Origin: an uncultured Acidimicrobiia bacterium
GTDB taxonomy: Bacteria; Actinomycetota; Acidimicrobiia; Acidimicrobiales; AC-14
Assembly (NCBI GenBank): GCA_963836205.1
Contig: CAWIIV010000014.1
Span: forward strand, 32,001 to 96,000
DNA length: 64,000 nucleotides
Reading direction: 5' to 3'
In this document: positions 10,673-23,762 of the stretch, piece by piece
How positions within the stretch are numbered: the first letter of the stretch is position 1
Layout of the letters: the number at the start of each line of letters is the position of its first letter
The notes under the pieces: generated by a model
Database searches by the model: none
Told to the model about the DNA's origin: nothing
The model's input: the letters and a program-made list of their open reading frames with translations, nothing else
Translations under genes and position numbers: made by a program

Positions 10673-11129
10673 TCAGCAGCAGCGCGCGGCGGACTGGGGA
10701 GCCGACCCGCAGCACATGGCGTCGCCGGGGACGACGGTGCGCAGGCCGCCGCCCTCGGGTGTCTCCACGTCGGCCAGGACGGTGTAGATCTCCCACGGCT
10801 CGCCGTCGGGAGCGTCGACCCAGACCTTGTCCTGCAGGGCGAAGCAGCACGACACCTGATCCTCGGTGGCGACGGTCAGGCCCTCGGCCCGGAAGCGGGC
10901 GGCGGCGGCGGCGACCTCGTCGGTGCCCTCCACCTCCACGCCCAGGTGGTTGAGCGTGCCCGGCAGGCCGCTGCCTTCGATGAGGACCAGCTTGAGGGGC
11001 GGCTCGGCCACGGCGAAGTTGGCGTATCCGGGACGCCGCTTGGCCGGCTCCGTCGAGAAGAGCTTGGAGTAGAACGCCACCGCCGCGTCGAGGTCGGACA
11101 CGTTCAGGGCGAGCTGCACTCGGGACATC
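10673..11129 (-). CDS. ArsI/CadI family VOC metalloenzyme
   Basis: MSRVQLALNV, NHLGVEV, CCFALQDKVWV..PDGEPWEIY, C-terminal CC pairs. Confidence 0.9.
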
Positions 11130-11143
11130 ACTACCTCCGGACA

Positions 11144-11197
11144 CATTCGTCGTTGTCGATTGATGCGATCTTGGCAAATGTATCGACGAATGTCAAT
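11144..11197. promoter_or_regulatory. Probable ArsR/SmtB-type operator region
   Basis: AT-rich; inverted repeat acattcgtcg...cgacgaatgt and atcgac-N4-gtcaat palindrome directly upstream of arsI/cadI. Confidence 0.6.
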
Positions 11198-11227
11198 GCA
11201 TGACGAAGCTGCGGTACCCTACGGCGG

Positions 11228-11785
11228 CTACGCGCCGCGCCGGTGACGGCCGAGCCGAGACGGGACGATAGTGACCGCGAACGGATAGGTCGCCTGGAAA
11301 GCCTCGTCGCCGGTCACCTTCGCCTCCTCCTGGTAGCGGCCGGCAACCAGGCGCAGGACGGTGAGGCTGGGCTCGTCCGGGTCGACCAGCCAGTAGGCGG
11401 GCACGCCGGCCGCCTCGTACGCCAGCCGCTTGGTGCCGAGGTCGAGCAGGCGCGTGCTCGGCGATCCGACCTCGACGAGGAGCAACGGGGGGCAGTCGAG
11501 CCGGGCCTCACCCACGTCGGCATCGAGGGCGACCACGATGTCGGGCTGGAACGACGTGACCTCGCTGACGTAGAAGTCGAACGGTGCGGGAACGACGAGA
11601 TGCTCCTCCCCCGCCGCCGCATCGAGGGCGATCACCAGGTTCTTGACGAAGACCTGATGGTCGGCAGTGGGGGCCGGCGTCACCAGGAGCACCCCCTCCA
11701 CCAGCTCGTAGCGGCGGCCGTCGGGGGGGAAGCGCTGCAACTCGGCGTAGGTGGTGGGTGCCGACCAGGCCGGTGCGAGAGCCAT
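11228..11785 (-). CDS. Uma2 family endonuclease (copy 1)
   Basis: RYELVEG, QPDIVV, LLVEVGSPST, KRLAYEAAGVPAYWLVDP. Confidence 0.92.
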   Translation of the reverse strand: MALAPAWSAPTTYAELQRFPPDGRRYELVEGVLLVTPAPTADHQVFVKNLVIALDAAAGEEHLVVPAPFDFYVSEVTSFQPDIVVALDADVGEARLDCPPLLLVEVGSPSTRLLDLGTKRLAYEAAGVPAYWLVDPDEPSLTVLRLVAGRYQEEAKVTGDEAFQATYPFAVTIVPSRLGRHRRGA

Positions 11786-11805
11786 CGAAAGACAGTGTAA
11801 CGATG

Positions 11806-12168
11806 TCATGGCAGGATGGTGCGGTGGTCACCGAGGAGGACGTCCGGCGGGTCGCGCTGTCGCTGCCGGCCACCACCGAGAAGCCGTCCTACGGCACCCC
11901 GGGGTTCCGGGTGAAGGACCGGCTGTTCGCCCGCATCCGGGACGAGGGTGACCTGCTGGTCGTCTGGGTGGCCGACCTGGAGGAGAAGGGGGCGATGTTG
12001 GCCGCCGAACCGGGAAAGTTCACCACCACGCCCCACTACGACGGTCATCCGATGGTGCTGGTGCGGATGGGCGCGGTCGAGGTCGACGAGCTGCGCGAGC
12101 TCCTCACCGACGCCTGGCGGGTGCGGGCTCCGAAACGCCTGGTGGCCGAGCTCGACGGCGCGAAGTAG
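11806..12168 (+). CDS. MmcQ/YjbR family DNA-binding protein
   Basis: ALSLP, YGTPGFRVKDRLFAR, TTPHYDGHP, DAWRVRAPK; start approximate. Confidence 0.88.
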   Translation, partial: SWQDGAVVTEEDVRRVALSLPATTEKPSYGTPGFRVKDRLFARIRDEGDLLVVWVADLEEKGAMLAAEPGKFTTTPHYDGHPMVLVRMGAVEVDELRELLTDAWRVRAPKRLVAELDGAK

Positions 12169-12726
12169 TCAGGACGACGGGGTGCGGCGAGGGCGGCCGA
12201 GCTTCGACGGGACGATCGTGACCGGGAAGGGGTAGGTGGCGGCGAAGGGCTCGCCGCCCACCACCTTGGCCGCCTCGACGTACCGTCCGTCGACCAGGCG
12301 CAGGACGGTGAGGCTGGGCTCGTCGGGGTCGACCAGCCAGTACTCGGGCACACCCGCGGCCTCGTAGGCCAGGCGCTTGGTGCCGAGGTCGATGAGGCGG
12401 GTGCTTCGGGACCCGACCTCGACCAGGAGGAGTGGCGTGGCTTCGAGACGGTCGTCGCCGACGTAGGCATCGAGGGCCACGACGATGTCGGGCTCGAAGT
12501 ACGTGATCTCGCTCACGACGAAGTCGAACGGCGCCGGCACGACGAAGTGCTCCTCGTTCGACGCCGCCTTCAGGGCGAACATGAGGTTTGCCACGACGCT
12601 CTGATGTTCCGCGTTGGGGGCGGGCGTCACCAGGAGCACCCCCTCGACCAACTCGTACCGGTTGCCGTCGTCGGGGAAGCGCTGCACTTCCTCGTAGGTG
12701 AGAGGAGGTCGCTGCGTGAGAGCCAT
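12169..12726 (-). CDS. Uma2 family endonuclease (copy 2)
   Basis: Same 558-bp length, motifs and upstream sequence as copy 1. Confidence 0.92.
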   Translation of the reverse strand: MALTQRPPLTYEEVQRFPDDGNRYELVEGVLLVTPAPNAEHQSVVANLMFALKAASNEEHFVVPAPFDFVVSEITYFEPDIVVALDAYVGDDRLEATPLLLVEVGSRSTRLIDLGTKRLAYEAAGVPEYWLVDPDEPSLTVLRLVDGRYVEAAKVVGGEPFAATYPFPVTIVPSKLGRPRRTPSS

Positions 12727-12939
12727 CGAAAGACAGTGTAACGCAGCTAGAGCTGGACTGCTACGAGGGCGGTGAGGTGGAGGCCGACGGCGAATGGACA
12801 GCGCCGATGCGGGCGAGAGGAGGCGGGCGCCGGCCACGAGGACACGGTTGTCACGCAGGCCCGTCGGCCGGCGGTCGACCGCGCTGCAGGCGCGGAGCAG
12901 GACAAGGCCAGTGGCGGCGGCGGTCGTACACTTGGGACG

Positions 12940-15900
12940 GTGCAGTTCCGAGTGCTCGGACCCCTCGAGGTGGAGCACGACGGGCGCGCCGTCGACCTCG
13001 GCCGGCCCAAGCAGCGAGCGCTGCTGGCGATGCTCCTGGTCGACGCCAACCACCTGGTGCCGTCCGACCGGCTGGTCGAGGACCTGTGGCCGAGCGACCT
13101 GCCGGCCGACCCCGCGGCCGCCCTCCAGGTGCAGGTGTCGCGCCTGCGGCAGGTGCTGGCCGGCTGCGGATACGACCCCCAGGCCGTCCTCGAGAGCCGC
13201 AAGCCGGGCTACGTGCTGCACGTCGGCGACGACGACCTCGACGCCACCCGGTTCGAACGGCTGGTCGGCCAGGGGCGGCAGGCGATCGCCGCCGGCTCGG
13301 TGGCCGAGGGCGCACGCCTGCTGGGCGAGGCCATCCGGCTGTGGCGGGGCGACCGGGTGCTCGCCGACTTCGCCGGCGAGCCCTTCGCCCGGGAGGAGGC
13401 CACCCGCCTGGAGGAGCTGCGGGTGGCGGCGGCCGAGGACTGGGTGCAGGCCGAGTTGGCCCTCGGCAACCATGCCTCCGTCGTGGGCCAGGCGCGGCGG
13501 CTGGCCGACGCCAACCCGCTCCGGGAGGGGCTGTGGGCGCAGCTGATGCTCGCGCTGTACCGGTCCGACCGCCAGGCAGAGGCGTTGCGGGCCTTCGCCG
13601 GGCTGCGCACGAACCTGGCCGAGGAGTTGGGCATCGACCCGTCCCCCGCCCTCCAACGGCTGGAGGAGATGGTGCTCCTGCAGAAGCCGGAGCTCGACTG
13701 GCGGCCGCCGAGGGAAGCGCGAGGAGAGGACCTCCGCCCGTCGCCCCGACCGCCGTCTGCGCTCGCCGTCGACGACGACGGCTACCCCTTCGTCGGGCGC
13801 CAGGCCGAGCTCGACCGGGTGGGGGCGGCGTGGCAGGCCGCGCTGGTGGCGGGGCCAGGGCTGGTCCTGCTGGGCGGGGAGCCGGGCATCGGGAAGACCC
13901 GTCTGGCCATGGAGCACGCCCGCATCGCCCACCGGGAGGGAGCCGACGTCCTGGTGGGACGCTGCGACGAAGACCTTGCGGTCCCCTACCAACCCTTCGC
14001 CGAAGCGCTGTCCCGCGCCATCCGCCAGGTTCCGCCCGACGAGTTGCCGTCGCTGTTGGGAGGACAGGGCGGCGAGCTCGTCCGCCTCGTCCCCGACCTG
14101 GCCGACCTGGTGCCCGATCTGCCCCGGCCGGTGTCGTCCGACCCCGAGACCGACCGCTTCCGCCTGTTCGACGCCGTGGCCGGGGCCCTCGCCAGGCTCT
14201 CCCGGCGGGCCCCCCTTGTCCTCGTCCTCGACGATCTCCACTGGGCCACCGCGCCGACCCTCCTCCTCCTGCGCCACGTGGTCACCCGGTCGGAGCCCAT
14301 GGCCGTGCTCGCCATCGGCACCTACCGCCACACCGAGGTCGACGACCATCATCCGCTGGCCGAGGTGCTGGGCGAGCCCGGACGCCTACCCCACGTGACC
14401 CGGATCGTGCTCGGCGGCCTCGACGAGGACGCGGTCCACGGCTTCGTGCGGGCAGTCACCGGCCGGGACGAGAGCGCGCCCCTCGCCCGGTCGATACACA
14501 CGGGGACCGCCGGGAACCCGCTGTTCATGCGGGAGATGGTGCGCCACGTGGAGGAGTCGGGCGAGGCCACCGCCCCAACGGAGAGTTTGGACGTCCCCGA
14601 GGGGGTACGCGATGTCGTCCGCCGACGGGTGCACCGGCTGTCGGGCACCACCAACCGCCTGCTGCTGGTGGCGTCGGTGATCGGGTCCGAGTACGACCTC
14701 GCCGTCCTCCAGGGCGCGGCGGGCTTCGACGAGGAGGTCGTGCTGGCGGGCGTGGAGGAGGCGGTGGAGGCCGGGCTGGTGGTCGACATCGCCGGCCCCG
14801 GCCCCGGCCTCCGGCAGCGCTTCACCCACGCCCTGGTGCGGGCCGCCCTCTACGACGGGCTCACCGCCGCCCGGCGGGGCCAGCTCCACCGCCGGGTGGC
14901 GGAGGCGGTGGAGGGGCTCCACCCGGGACGGACCCACGAGCACCTGGCCGAGCTGGCCCACCACTTCTCACGGGCGGCGGCGATGGGCGGCGCCCCCAGG
15001 GCGGTCGCCTACTCGGCCCTGGCCGGGCAGAAGGCGCTGGGCCAGCTGGCCCACGACGACGCCGCCGCCTACTTCCGGCAGGCCCTCGACCTCCTCGACG
15101 CGGTGGAGGTCGATGACCCCGTCGGCCGCCTCCGCCAGCGGTGCGACCTCCTGCTCGCCCTGGGCGAAGCCCAGCGCCGCTGCGGCGCCCCCGCCCACCG
15201 GGCCACCCTGCTGGAGGCGGCGGCCCTGGCCCGCGACCTGGGCGACGCCGAACGGCTGGCCACCGCCGCTCTCGCCAACACCCGCAGCTTCTGGAGCGCG
15301 ACCCGTCAGGTGGACGGGGAGCGAGTCGCCGCCTTCCGGGACGCGCTGGCCGCCCTCGACCCCGGTGACAGCCCGCTGCGCGCCCGCCTCCTGGCCCGGC
15401 TGGCGGTGGAGCTGGTGTACTCGGGCGACGCCCCCGCCGTCCGCGACCTGAGCGACCAGGCCCTGGCCATGGCCCGCCGCCTGGGCGACGGTCCTACCCT
15501 GGCCCAGGTCCTCGTCCCCCGCTACAACACCATCCGGGGTGATCCCGGCACCCTCCCCGAGCGGCTGGCCGACACCGCCGAGCTCCTGGCCCTGGCCGAC
15601 CGGCTGGGTGACCCCGTCCTCCACTGCGAGGCCCACGGTTGGCGGGCGGTGGCGACCATGGAGGCGGCCGACGCCGAGGAGGCGGCGGCCTGCCTCGACG
15701 CCTTCGACCAAACCGCAGCGGCCGTCCACCAACCGACCATGCTCTGGTACGCGGCCTACATGCGGGCCAGCCGGGCGATCCTCGACGGGCGCTTCGACGA
15801 CGCCGAGCGGCTGGCCACCGAGGCCTTCCACCTGGGCCAGGCCGCGGGCCAGCCCGACGCCGACCTGTTCCTGTCGGTGCAACGGCTCCAGATCGCCTTC

Positions 15901-16536
15901 GAGCGGGGCTTGCTCGGGCGGTGGGAGCGGCCGCTGCGCATCGCCCTCACCCGCGATCCCGACTCGTGGTGGTTCCTGCGGTCGTGGCAGGCCCGGTGCG
16001 CGGTGGCGAGGGGCGACGACGCCAAGGCCCAGGCGTTCCTCGACGAGCTGGCCGCCAACCAGTTCGCCGACCTCGCCTTCGAGCCGACCTGGCTGCATAT
16101 CGTCGCCAACTGCGCGGCGGTGGCGGCCCACCTGGCCGACACCGGGCGGGCCGCCCGCCTGGCCGAGCTCATGGCCCCCTACGCCGGGCAGCTGGTGACC
16201 CTCTCGTCACTCGCCTACTGCGGGTCGGTCGACCACTACCTCGGACTGCTGGCCGCCGCCCTCGGCCGCCACCAGGACGCCGACGGGCATTTCGCGTCGG
16301 CCGCCGTCATCCACCAGCAGGTGGGGGCGCCGGCGTGGCTGGCCCGCACCCGCCTGGCGTGGGCCCGCTCGCTGATCGCCGACGGTCGCCCCGCGGGAGC
16401 GCCCCGCCTGCTGGAGGAGGCGGGGGCCACCGCCGACGCTCTCGGACTGGGGTCGGTGGCCCGGGCCGTCGCCGCCGCCCAGGCGGCCCTGGGTTCGTCC
16501 GCCTCCGGACCGGGACGGATGCTGGCCGACCGGTAA
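12940..16536 (+). CDS. AfsR/SARP-type regulator: wHTH-BTAD + AAA_16 STAND ATPase + helical/TPR region
   Basis: QFRVLGPL, PLREGLWAQLMLALYR, GEPGIGKT, LDDLHWA, GNPLF; TACACT upstream of GTG. Confidence 0.9.
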   Translation: MQFRVLGPLEVEHDGRAVDLGRPKQRALLAMLLVDANHLVPSDRLVEDLWPSDLPADPAAALQVQVSRLRQVLAGCGYDPQAVLESRKPGYVLHVGDDDLDATRFERLVGQGRQAIAAGSVAEGARLLGEAIRLWRGDRVLADFAGEPFAREEATRLEELRVAAAEDWVQAELALGNHASVVGQARRLADANPLREGLWAQLMLALYRSDRQAEALRAFAGLRTNLAEELGIDPSPALQRLEEMVLLQKPELDWRPPREARGEDLRPSPRPPSALAVDDDGYPFVGRQAELDRVGAAWQAALVAGPGLVLLGGEPGIGKTRLAMEHARIAHREGADVLVGRCDEDLAVPYQPFAEALSRAIRQVPPDELPSLLGGQGGELVRLVPDLADLVPDLPRPVSSDPETDRFRLFDAVAGALARLSRRAPLVLVLDDLHWATAPTLLLLRHVVTRSEPMAVLAIGTYRHTEVDDHHPLAEVLGEPGRLPHVTRIVLGGLDEDAVHGFVRAVTGRDESAPLARSIHTGTAGNPLFMREMVRHVEESGEATAPTESLDVPEGVRDVVRRRVHRLSGTTNRLLLVASVIGSEYDLAVLQGAAGFDEEVVLAGVEEAVEAGLVVDIAGPGPGLRQRFTHALVRAALYDGLTAARRGQLHRRVAEAVEGLHPGRTHEHLAELAHHFSRAAAMGGAPRAVAYSALAGQKALGQLAHDDAAAYFRQALDLLDAVEVDDPVGRLRQRCDLLLALGEAQRRCGAPAHRATLLEAAALARDLGDAERLATAALANTRSFWSATRQVDGERVAAFRDALAALDPGDSPLRARLLARLAVELVYSGDAPAVRDLSDQALAMARRLGDGPTLAQVLVPRYNTIRGDPGTLPERLADTAELLALADRLGDPVLHCEAHGWRAVATMEAADAEEAAACLDAFDQTAAAVHQPTMLWYAAYMRASRAILDGRFDDAERLATEAFHLGQAAGQPDADLFLSVQRLQIAFERGLLGRWERPLRIALTRDPDSWWFLRSWQARCAVARGDDAKAQAFLDELAANQFADLAFEPTWLHIVANCAAVAAHLADTGRAARLAELMAPYAGQLVTLSSLAYCGSVDHYLGLLAAALGRHQDADGHFASAAVIHQQVGAPAWLARTRLAWARSLIADGRPAGAPRLLEEAGATADALGLGSVARAVAAAQAALGSSASGPGRMLADR

Positions 16537-16596
16537 CGGCGACCCGCATCCGAGGCCTGGTGGCGTTGGCGCAGGCGGTCGATCGACGGGTCTTGC

Positions 16597-16646
16597 GAAC
16601 TGGTGACGGAAATGGTTGCTGGACGACCCATTTTCGTCACCGGTTC
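16597..16646. repeat. REP-like hairpin (family copy 2), likely bidirectional terminator
   Basis: gaactggtgacggaaatgg-loop-ccattttcgtcaccggttc between convergent genes. Confidence 0.75.
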
Positions 16647-16669
16647 CGGTTGCCGCGGTCGGTCCGAGT

Positions 16670-17812
16670 TCAGCCTTCGGTTCCGGGCCCGGGTGGATCG
16701 GCCACGCCCAGTCCTCCGAGGGGAGCGGTCCCGGCCGCCGCCTCCTCCTCCGGCGCCGGCCGGGTTTCGCGGCCCGCCCCGTTGGCCGAGCGGAAGTGAC
16801 TGCCGACGCCGACCGCGATGGCGACGAGGGGGACGGCGATGAACGCCCCCAGCAGCCCGCCCACCAACAGCCCCGCCGACACTGCCCACACCGTGACCAG
16901 GGCGTGGAGGCGGACGGCCCGCTCCAGGATGAGGGGCTGGAGGAGGTTGCCCTCGATCTGCTGCACGGCCACCGTCGCCGCCACCACCAGCAGGGCGGTG
17001 CCCAGGCCGTTGGTGACGAGGGCCACCACCGCCGCCAGCAGGCCGGCCACGCTTGCCCCCACCAGGGGGATGAAGCCGCCGAGGAAGGTGAGCACGGCCA
17101 GGGGCAGGATCAGCGGCACCCCCAGCACCCACAGGGCGACGCCGATCAGCACCGCGTCGATGAACCCGGTGGCGGCGGTGGCCACCAGGTACTGCTTCAT
17201 GATGAAGCGGGAGTGGCGGGTGATGGCCACCAGGTCGTCCCGGTTCCGGAGTGGTACACGCAGGAGGAGCCAGTCGGCCATCTTGGCCCCGTCCTTCATC
17301 ACGAAGAAGAGGGTGAACAGCAGCAGGACGATGCCGCCCAGGACCTCGCCCGCCAGCCGGGCCTGGCCCGCGGCCTGCTCCGCCACCCCGCCCGACGCCT
17401 GGCGTACGGTCTCCCGCACCTCGGATTCCAGCTCGTCGACCTTCTCCTGCGACCAGTTGAGGGGCTCGCCCTGGGCCCACTCCTTGGCGTCGTCGACTGC
17501 CCTGTCGATCTGGATCCCGAGGTCGTCGAACTGCGACGCCACACTGGCGCCGATCCACACCAGCGCGGCCAGGATCACAGCCAGGGCGCCGACGAAGACG
17601 GTGACGGCGGCCAACGAGGCCGGCCAGCGCCGCCGCCGCAGCCGGGCGGCCAGGGGCTCCAACACCGCGGCCAGGAACAGGGCCAGCACCACCGGCACGA
17701 CCACCACGTACAGCTTGATGAGGACGAGGACGGCCACCGCGACCGCGGCCACGACCACGAGGATCCGCCAACTCCACGCGGCGGCACCGTCGAGGACACG
17801 GGGCACCTTCAC
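16670..17812 (-). CDS. AI-2E family transporter
   Basis: AAAWSWR, LFFVMKDG, FIPLVGA, QQIEGNLLQP. Confidence 0.9.
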   Translation of the reverse strand: MKVPRVLDGAAAWSWRILVVVAAVAVAVLVLIKLYVVVVPVVLALFLAAVLEPLAARLRRRRWPASLAAVTVFVGALAVILAALVWIGASVASQFDDLGIQIDRAVDDAKEWAQGEPLNWSQEKVDELESEVRETVRQASGGVAEQAAGQARLAGEVLGGIVLLLFTLFFVMKDGAKMADWLLLRVPLRNRDDLVAITRHSRFIMKQYLVATAATGFIDAVLIGVALWVLGVPLILPLAVLTFLGGFIPLVGASVAGLLAAVVALVTNGLGTALLVVAATVAVQQIEGNLLQPLILERAVRLHALVTVWAVSAGLLVGGLLGAFIAVPLVAIAVGVGSHFRSANGAGRETRPAPEEEAAAGTAPLGGLGVADPPGPGTEG

Positions 17813-17872
17813 CCGCCCGCGCTGCGCGTCTAGCTCCACTGGGCGTCGACCTCCACCGGGGCCAACACTACG

Positions 17873-18349
17873 GTGGACACCGTGCCCGGGACCACGGCCG
17901 GCTATTCCGGGACCCCGCTCCCCCGCAAGCTCGGCGTCAAGGAGGGCTTCCGGGTGGCCCTGGTGGGCGCCCCCGACGGGTTCGGTCCCGAGCTCGACCC
18001 GCTGCCCGACGGCGTCCACCTGGTCCGCCGGCTGGCAGGCAAAGGCGGAGACGGGGCCGGTGGCGGAGGTGGCGCCGGCGTCGACCTGGCCCTCCTGTTC
18101 GTCACCACCCGGGGCGACCTGGCCACCCGGTTCCCCCAGGTGGCGGCCCATCTCCCACCCGCCGGTGCCCTGTGGGTGGCGTGGCCCAAGAAGTCGGCAG
18201 GCATGGCCACCGACCTCACCGAGAACGTCCTGCGCGAGGTCTGCCTGCCGCTCGGGTGGGTCGACACCAAGGTGTGCGCCGTCACCGACGTGTGGTCGGG
18301 GCTGAAGTTCGTCCTGCGCAAGGAGAACCGCCCGCAGCCCGACCGGTAA
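17873..18349 (+). CDS. DUF3052 family protein
   Basis: GYSGTPLPRKLG, WVAWPKK, VDTKVCAV..WSGLKF. Confidence 0.85.
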   Translation: MDTVPGTTAGYSGTPLPRKLGVKEGFRVALVGAPDGFGPELDPLPDGVHLVRRLAGKGGDGAGGGGGAGVDLALLFVTTRGDLATRFPQVAAHLPPAGALWVAWPKKSAGMATDLTENVLREVCLPLGWVDTKVCAVTDVWSGLKFVLRKENRPQPDR

Positions 18350-18358
18350 CCTCCGGCC

Positions 18359-18759
18359 ACGGACGACATCACCCAACAGATCCGGGTCGTGCTCGTCGAC
18401 GACCACGATCTCGTGCTCCGAGCCCTGGCCGCCGCGCTCCAGGCCGAGCCCGGGATAAACGTCGTCGGCACGGCCATGACCATCGAGGAGGCCCTGCGGG
18501 CGACGTTGGACACGATCCCCGACGTGGTGGTCATCGACTACTGGCTCCCCGACGGCGACGGGGCGAGCGGCACCCGCCAGCTGCGCCAGGCGCTCCCCGG
18601 GTTGCGGGTGGTCATGCTCACCGGGCGTGACGACGCCGCGGCCCGGGCCGAGGCCTTCGAGGCCGGCTGCTCCGGTTTCGTGGCCAAGGGGGCCCGGCTC
18701 GACGAGCTGGCCCGCGCCGTCCGCGAGGCCGCCGCCGCACCCGAGCCCCGGGGTGGGAT

Positions 18760-18763
<4 letters not shown>
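18359..18763 (+). CDS. Stand-alone response regulator receiver
   Basis: IRVVLVDD, DYWLPD, T, FVAK; convergent with hybrid kinase; start codon unclear (in-frame ACG at 18359). Confidence 0.8.
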
Positions 18764-21631
<2,868 letters not shown>

Positions 21632-21815
21632 CACCGGCGACCACCCGCCGTCCCGCCCGCCGGGGCCCAGCACGCCATCCTCGTCTCCTCGGTCTCGGCC
21701 ACTCGTGTGCGCGCCGCAGCAGCACCTTGCCCTAGCTATTGTCGGACGCTGTTGGCCGCCAAAATAGGGTCTTTCGGCCCTACTGGCGGGCACCGGCATC
21801 GGCGACCCTTCCCGG

Positions 21816-22184
21816 ATGAACCCGACCGTGACCGCTCCCGAGCCGGCCCTCGAGGGCAGGCGCACCGCCTGCTCGATGGCGTCGCACCTCACGATCGTCA
21901 TCGGCCGCAACCATGGAACCGTCGTACTGACCCTCGACGGACGGCTTGAGCGGGCCGACGCCGCCCTGCTGGCCCGGATGCTGGACGACCTCATCGACGC
22001 CCAAGGCAACCTGTCGGTGGTCGTCGACCTCATCTCGCTGTCGTTCCTCGACCGGGCGGGCGCCGACGTCCTGCGGACTGCCATGGAGGCGTCGGGGCGC
22101 CACCACGGCCGTTTTTGCCTGCGGGGCGCGTCCCCGGAGGTCGCTCAGGTCCTCGTCGGTGGCGGGCTGGCCGTGCCGGGCTAG
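21816..22184 (+). CDS. STAS domain anti-anti-sigma factor
   Basis: LDGRLE, VVDLISLSFLD; start may be later (ATG ~21875). Confidence 0.75.
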   Translation: MNPTVTAPEPALEGRRTACSMASHLTIVIGRNHGTVVLTLDGRLERADAALLARMLDDLIDAQGNLSVVVDLISLSFLDRAGADVLRTAMEASGRHHGRFCLRGASPEVAQVLVGGGLAVPG

Positions 22185-22349
22185 CCGCCGTCGCCGCCGC
22201 GAAACGCAAACGTTCCCGACGAAGCGTTGTCGGACGACCTCCGCCCGTGATGAGCGCTCGGGTCCCGTCAATCTCGGATGGGGTCGGCCACCCTCGACGC
22301 GGGAGTCGGCCAGCGTTTGGGGCGCCTGGCTTCTTCCGAGTTCGACTTA

Positions 22350-22931
22350 CTACTCGGAGGGGCGGGCTCCAGGCAGGTAGTCGCGGAATTCCTTCATCGC
22401 CTTCCACTCGGGCTCCGGTGGCTGATGGCCGGGAGCGGGAGCGAACACGGACAGCTGGTCGAGCATCATGCGGTGGATGTACCTCGGGCAATTGGGGAAC
22501 GCACGCACGACCGTGATGCGGACCACGGCCTGAGCGCCCTCCCACGTCGACAGCAGCGGGTCGGCGTCGGCCACGGACGCTGTCCCATGCACCCGCAGCC
22601 GGTCCGGCTGCTGGAAGTTCACGAACAACAGGGCCACGCGGTCATTGACCACGATGTTGCCGAGCGACCGGAACATGCCGTTGCCGTCGTAGGACGGGAA
22701 GGCGATCGTGCGGCGGTCGAGGCAGCGGACGAAGCCGGGCCGACCGCCCTTGTACGACACGTCGGGCCACCCCTCGTCGTCCGCCGTCGCCAAGAAGAAC
22801 ATGGAGCTCGCCTCGATGAAGGCGACATCCCCGTCGGACAGTTCGGCGTGCACAGTGACCTGTTCCAGCCGGTCGGCGATGCGACGACTGTCGAATCGGT
22901 CCTGAAACTCGCGGTGACCGTCGTTGTACAT
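22350..22931 (-). CDS. Pyridoxamine 5'-phosphate oxidase family FMN-binding protein
   Basis: FFLAT, SYKGGRPGFV, YDGNGMFRSLGN, NCPRYI. Confidence 0.88.
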   Translation of the reverse strand: MYNDGHREFQDRFDSRRIADRLEQVTVHAELSDGDVAFIEASSMFFLATADDEGWPDVSYKGGRPGFVRCLDRRTIAFPSYDGNGMFRSLGNIVVNDRVALLFVNFQQPDRLRVHGTASVADADPLLSTWEGAQAVVRITVVRAFPNCPRYIHRMMLDQLSVFAPAPGHQPPEPEWKAMKEFRDYLPGARPSE

Positions 22932-23762
22932 GGCGCCAACACTGCGCTGCCATCGCGCCGGGCGCAAGGTCCTGCCAGGCCGTAGGAGCGTGAGTTGTGG
23001 CGACCCCGCCATCGTGGGTGTGCGCTCCCGACCGAATCGACACGTAGCAGTCGCCTCGCCATTTCTGGACTCTCATTCGCCAAGCCGGCCGTCCCCGACC
23101 CGACATTGAGGGCGATATCACCCGCAAGCCGCGACGACGTTTTTGCGCGTGATCGGTCGAGCGCCGCGAACTCGTTCCGTGCGCCAGGCTGACCCTGGAT
23201 CCGAGGCTCCCGAGCCCAATCTGCACGGACTGATTGGCGCGAAGGAGGGGCCCAGCATGGATCGGCGGTATCGTCGGCGAGGGTTCATAATGGGTCGGTG
23301 ACCGGCACCCACGACGTCTTCCTGAGCCACAGCGCCGCGGACAAGGAAGTCGTGCGGGACCTTGCCGGGCGGCTGCGAGATCGCGGGCTGCGGGTGTGGT
23401 TTGACGACTGGGAGATCCAGCCGGGGGACTCGATCCCTTCCCGGATCGAGGCCGGACTGGATGGTTCCGCTGTCCTCGTCCTCTGCTTCTCACGGTGGGC
23501 GCTCGCCTCCGACTGGGCGGCGCTGGAAAGCGGAACGTTCCGGTTCCGTGACCCGCTCAACCGAGACCGCCGGTTCATCCCGCTGCGCCTCGACGACGTC
23601 ACCCTGCGCGGTTCGCTGGCCCAGTTCATGGCGATCGACTGGCGAACACCCAACGAGGAGGCGATCGAGCAACTGATCCGTGCCTGCCGGCCCGCCGCCG
23701 CGGCCGTGGCTGCGCCAGCTCAGGACGACGACCCGAAAGCCCCTCGTCTGGCACTCTCCCTC

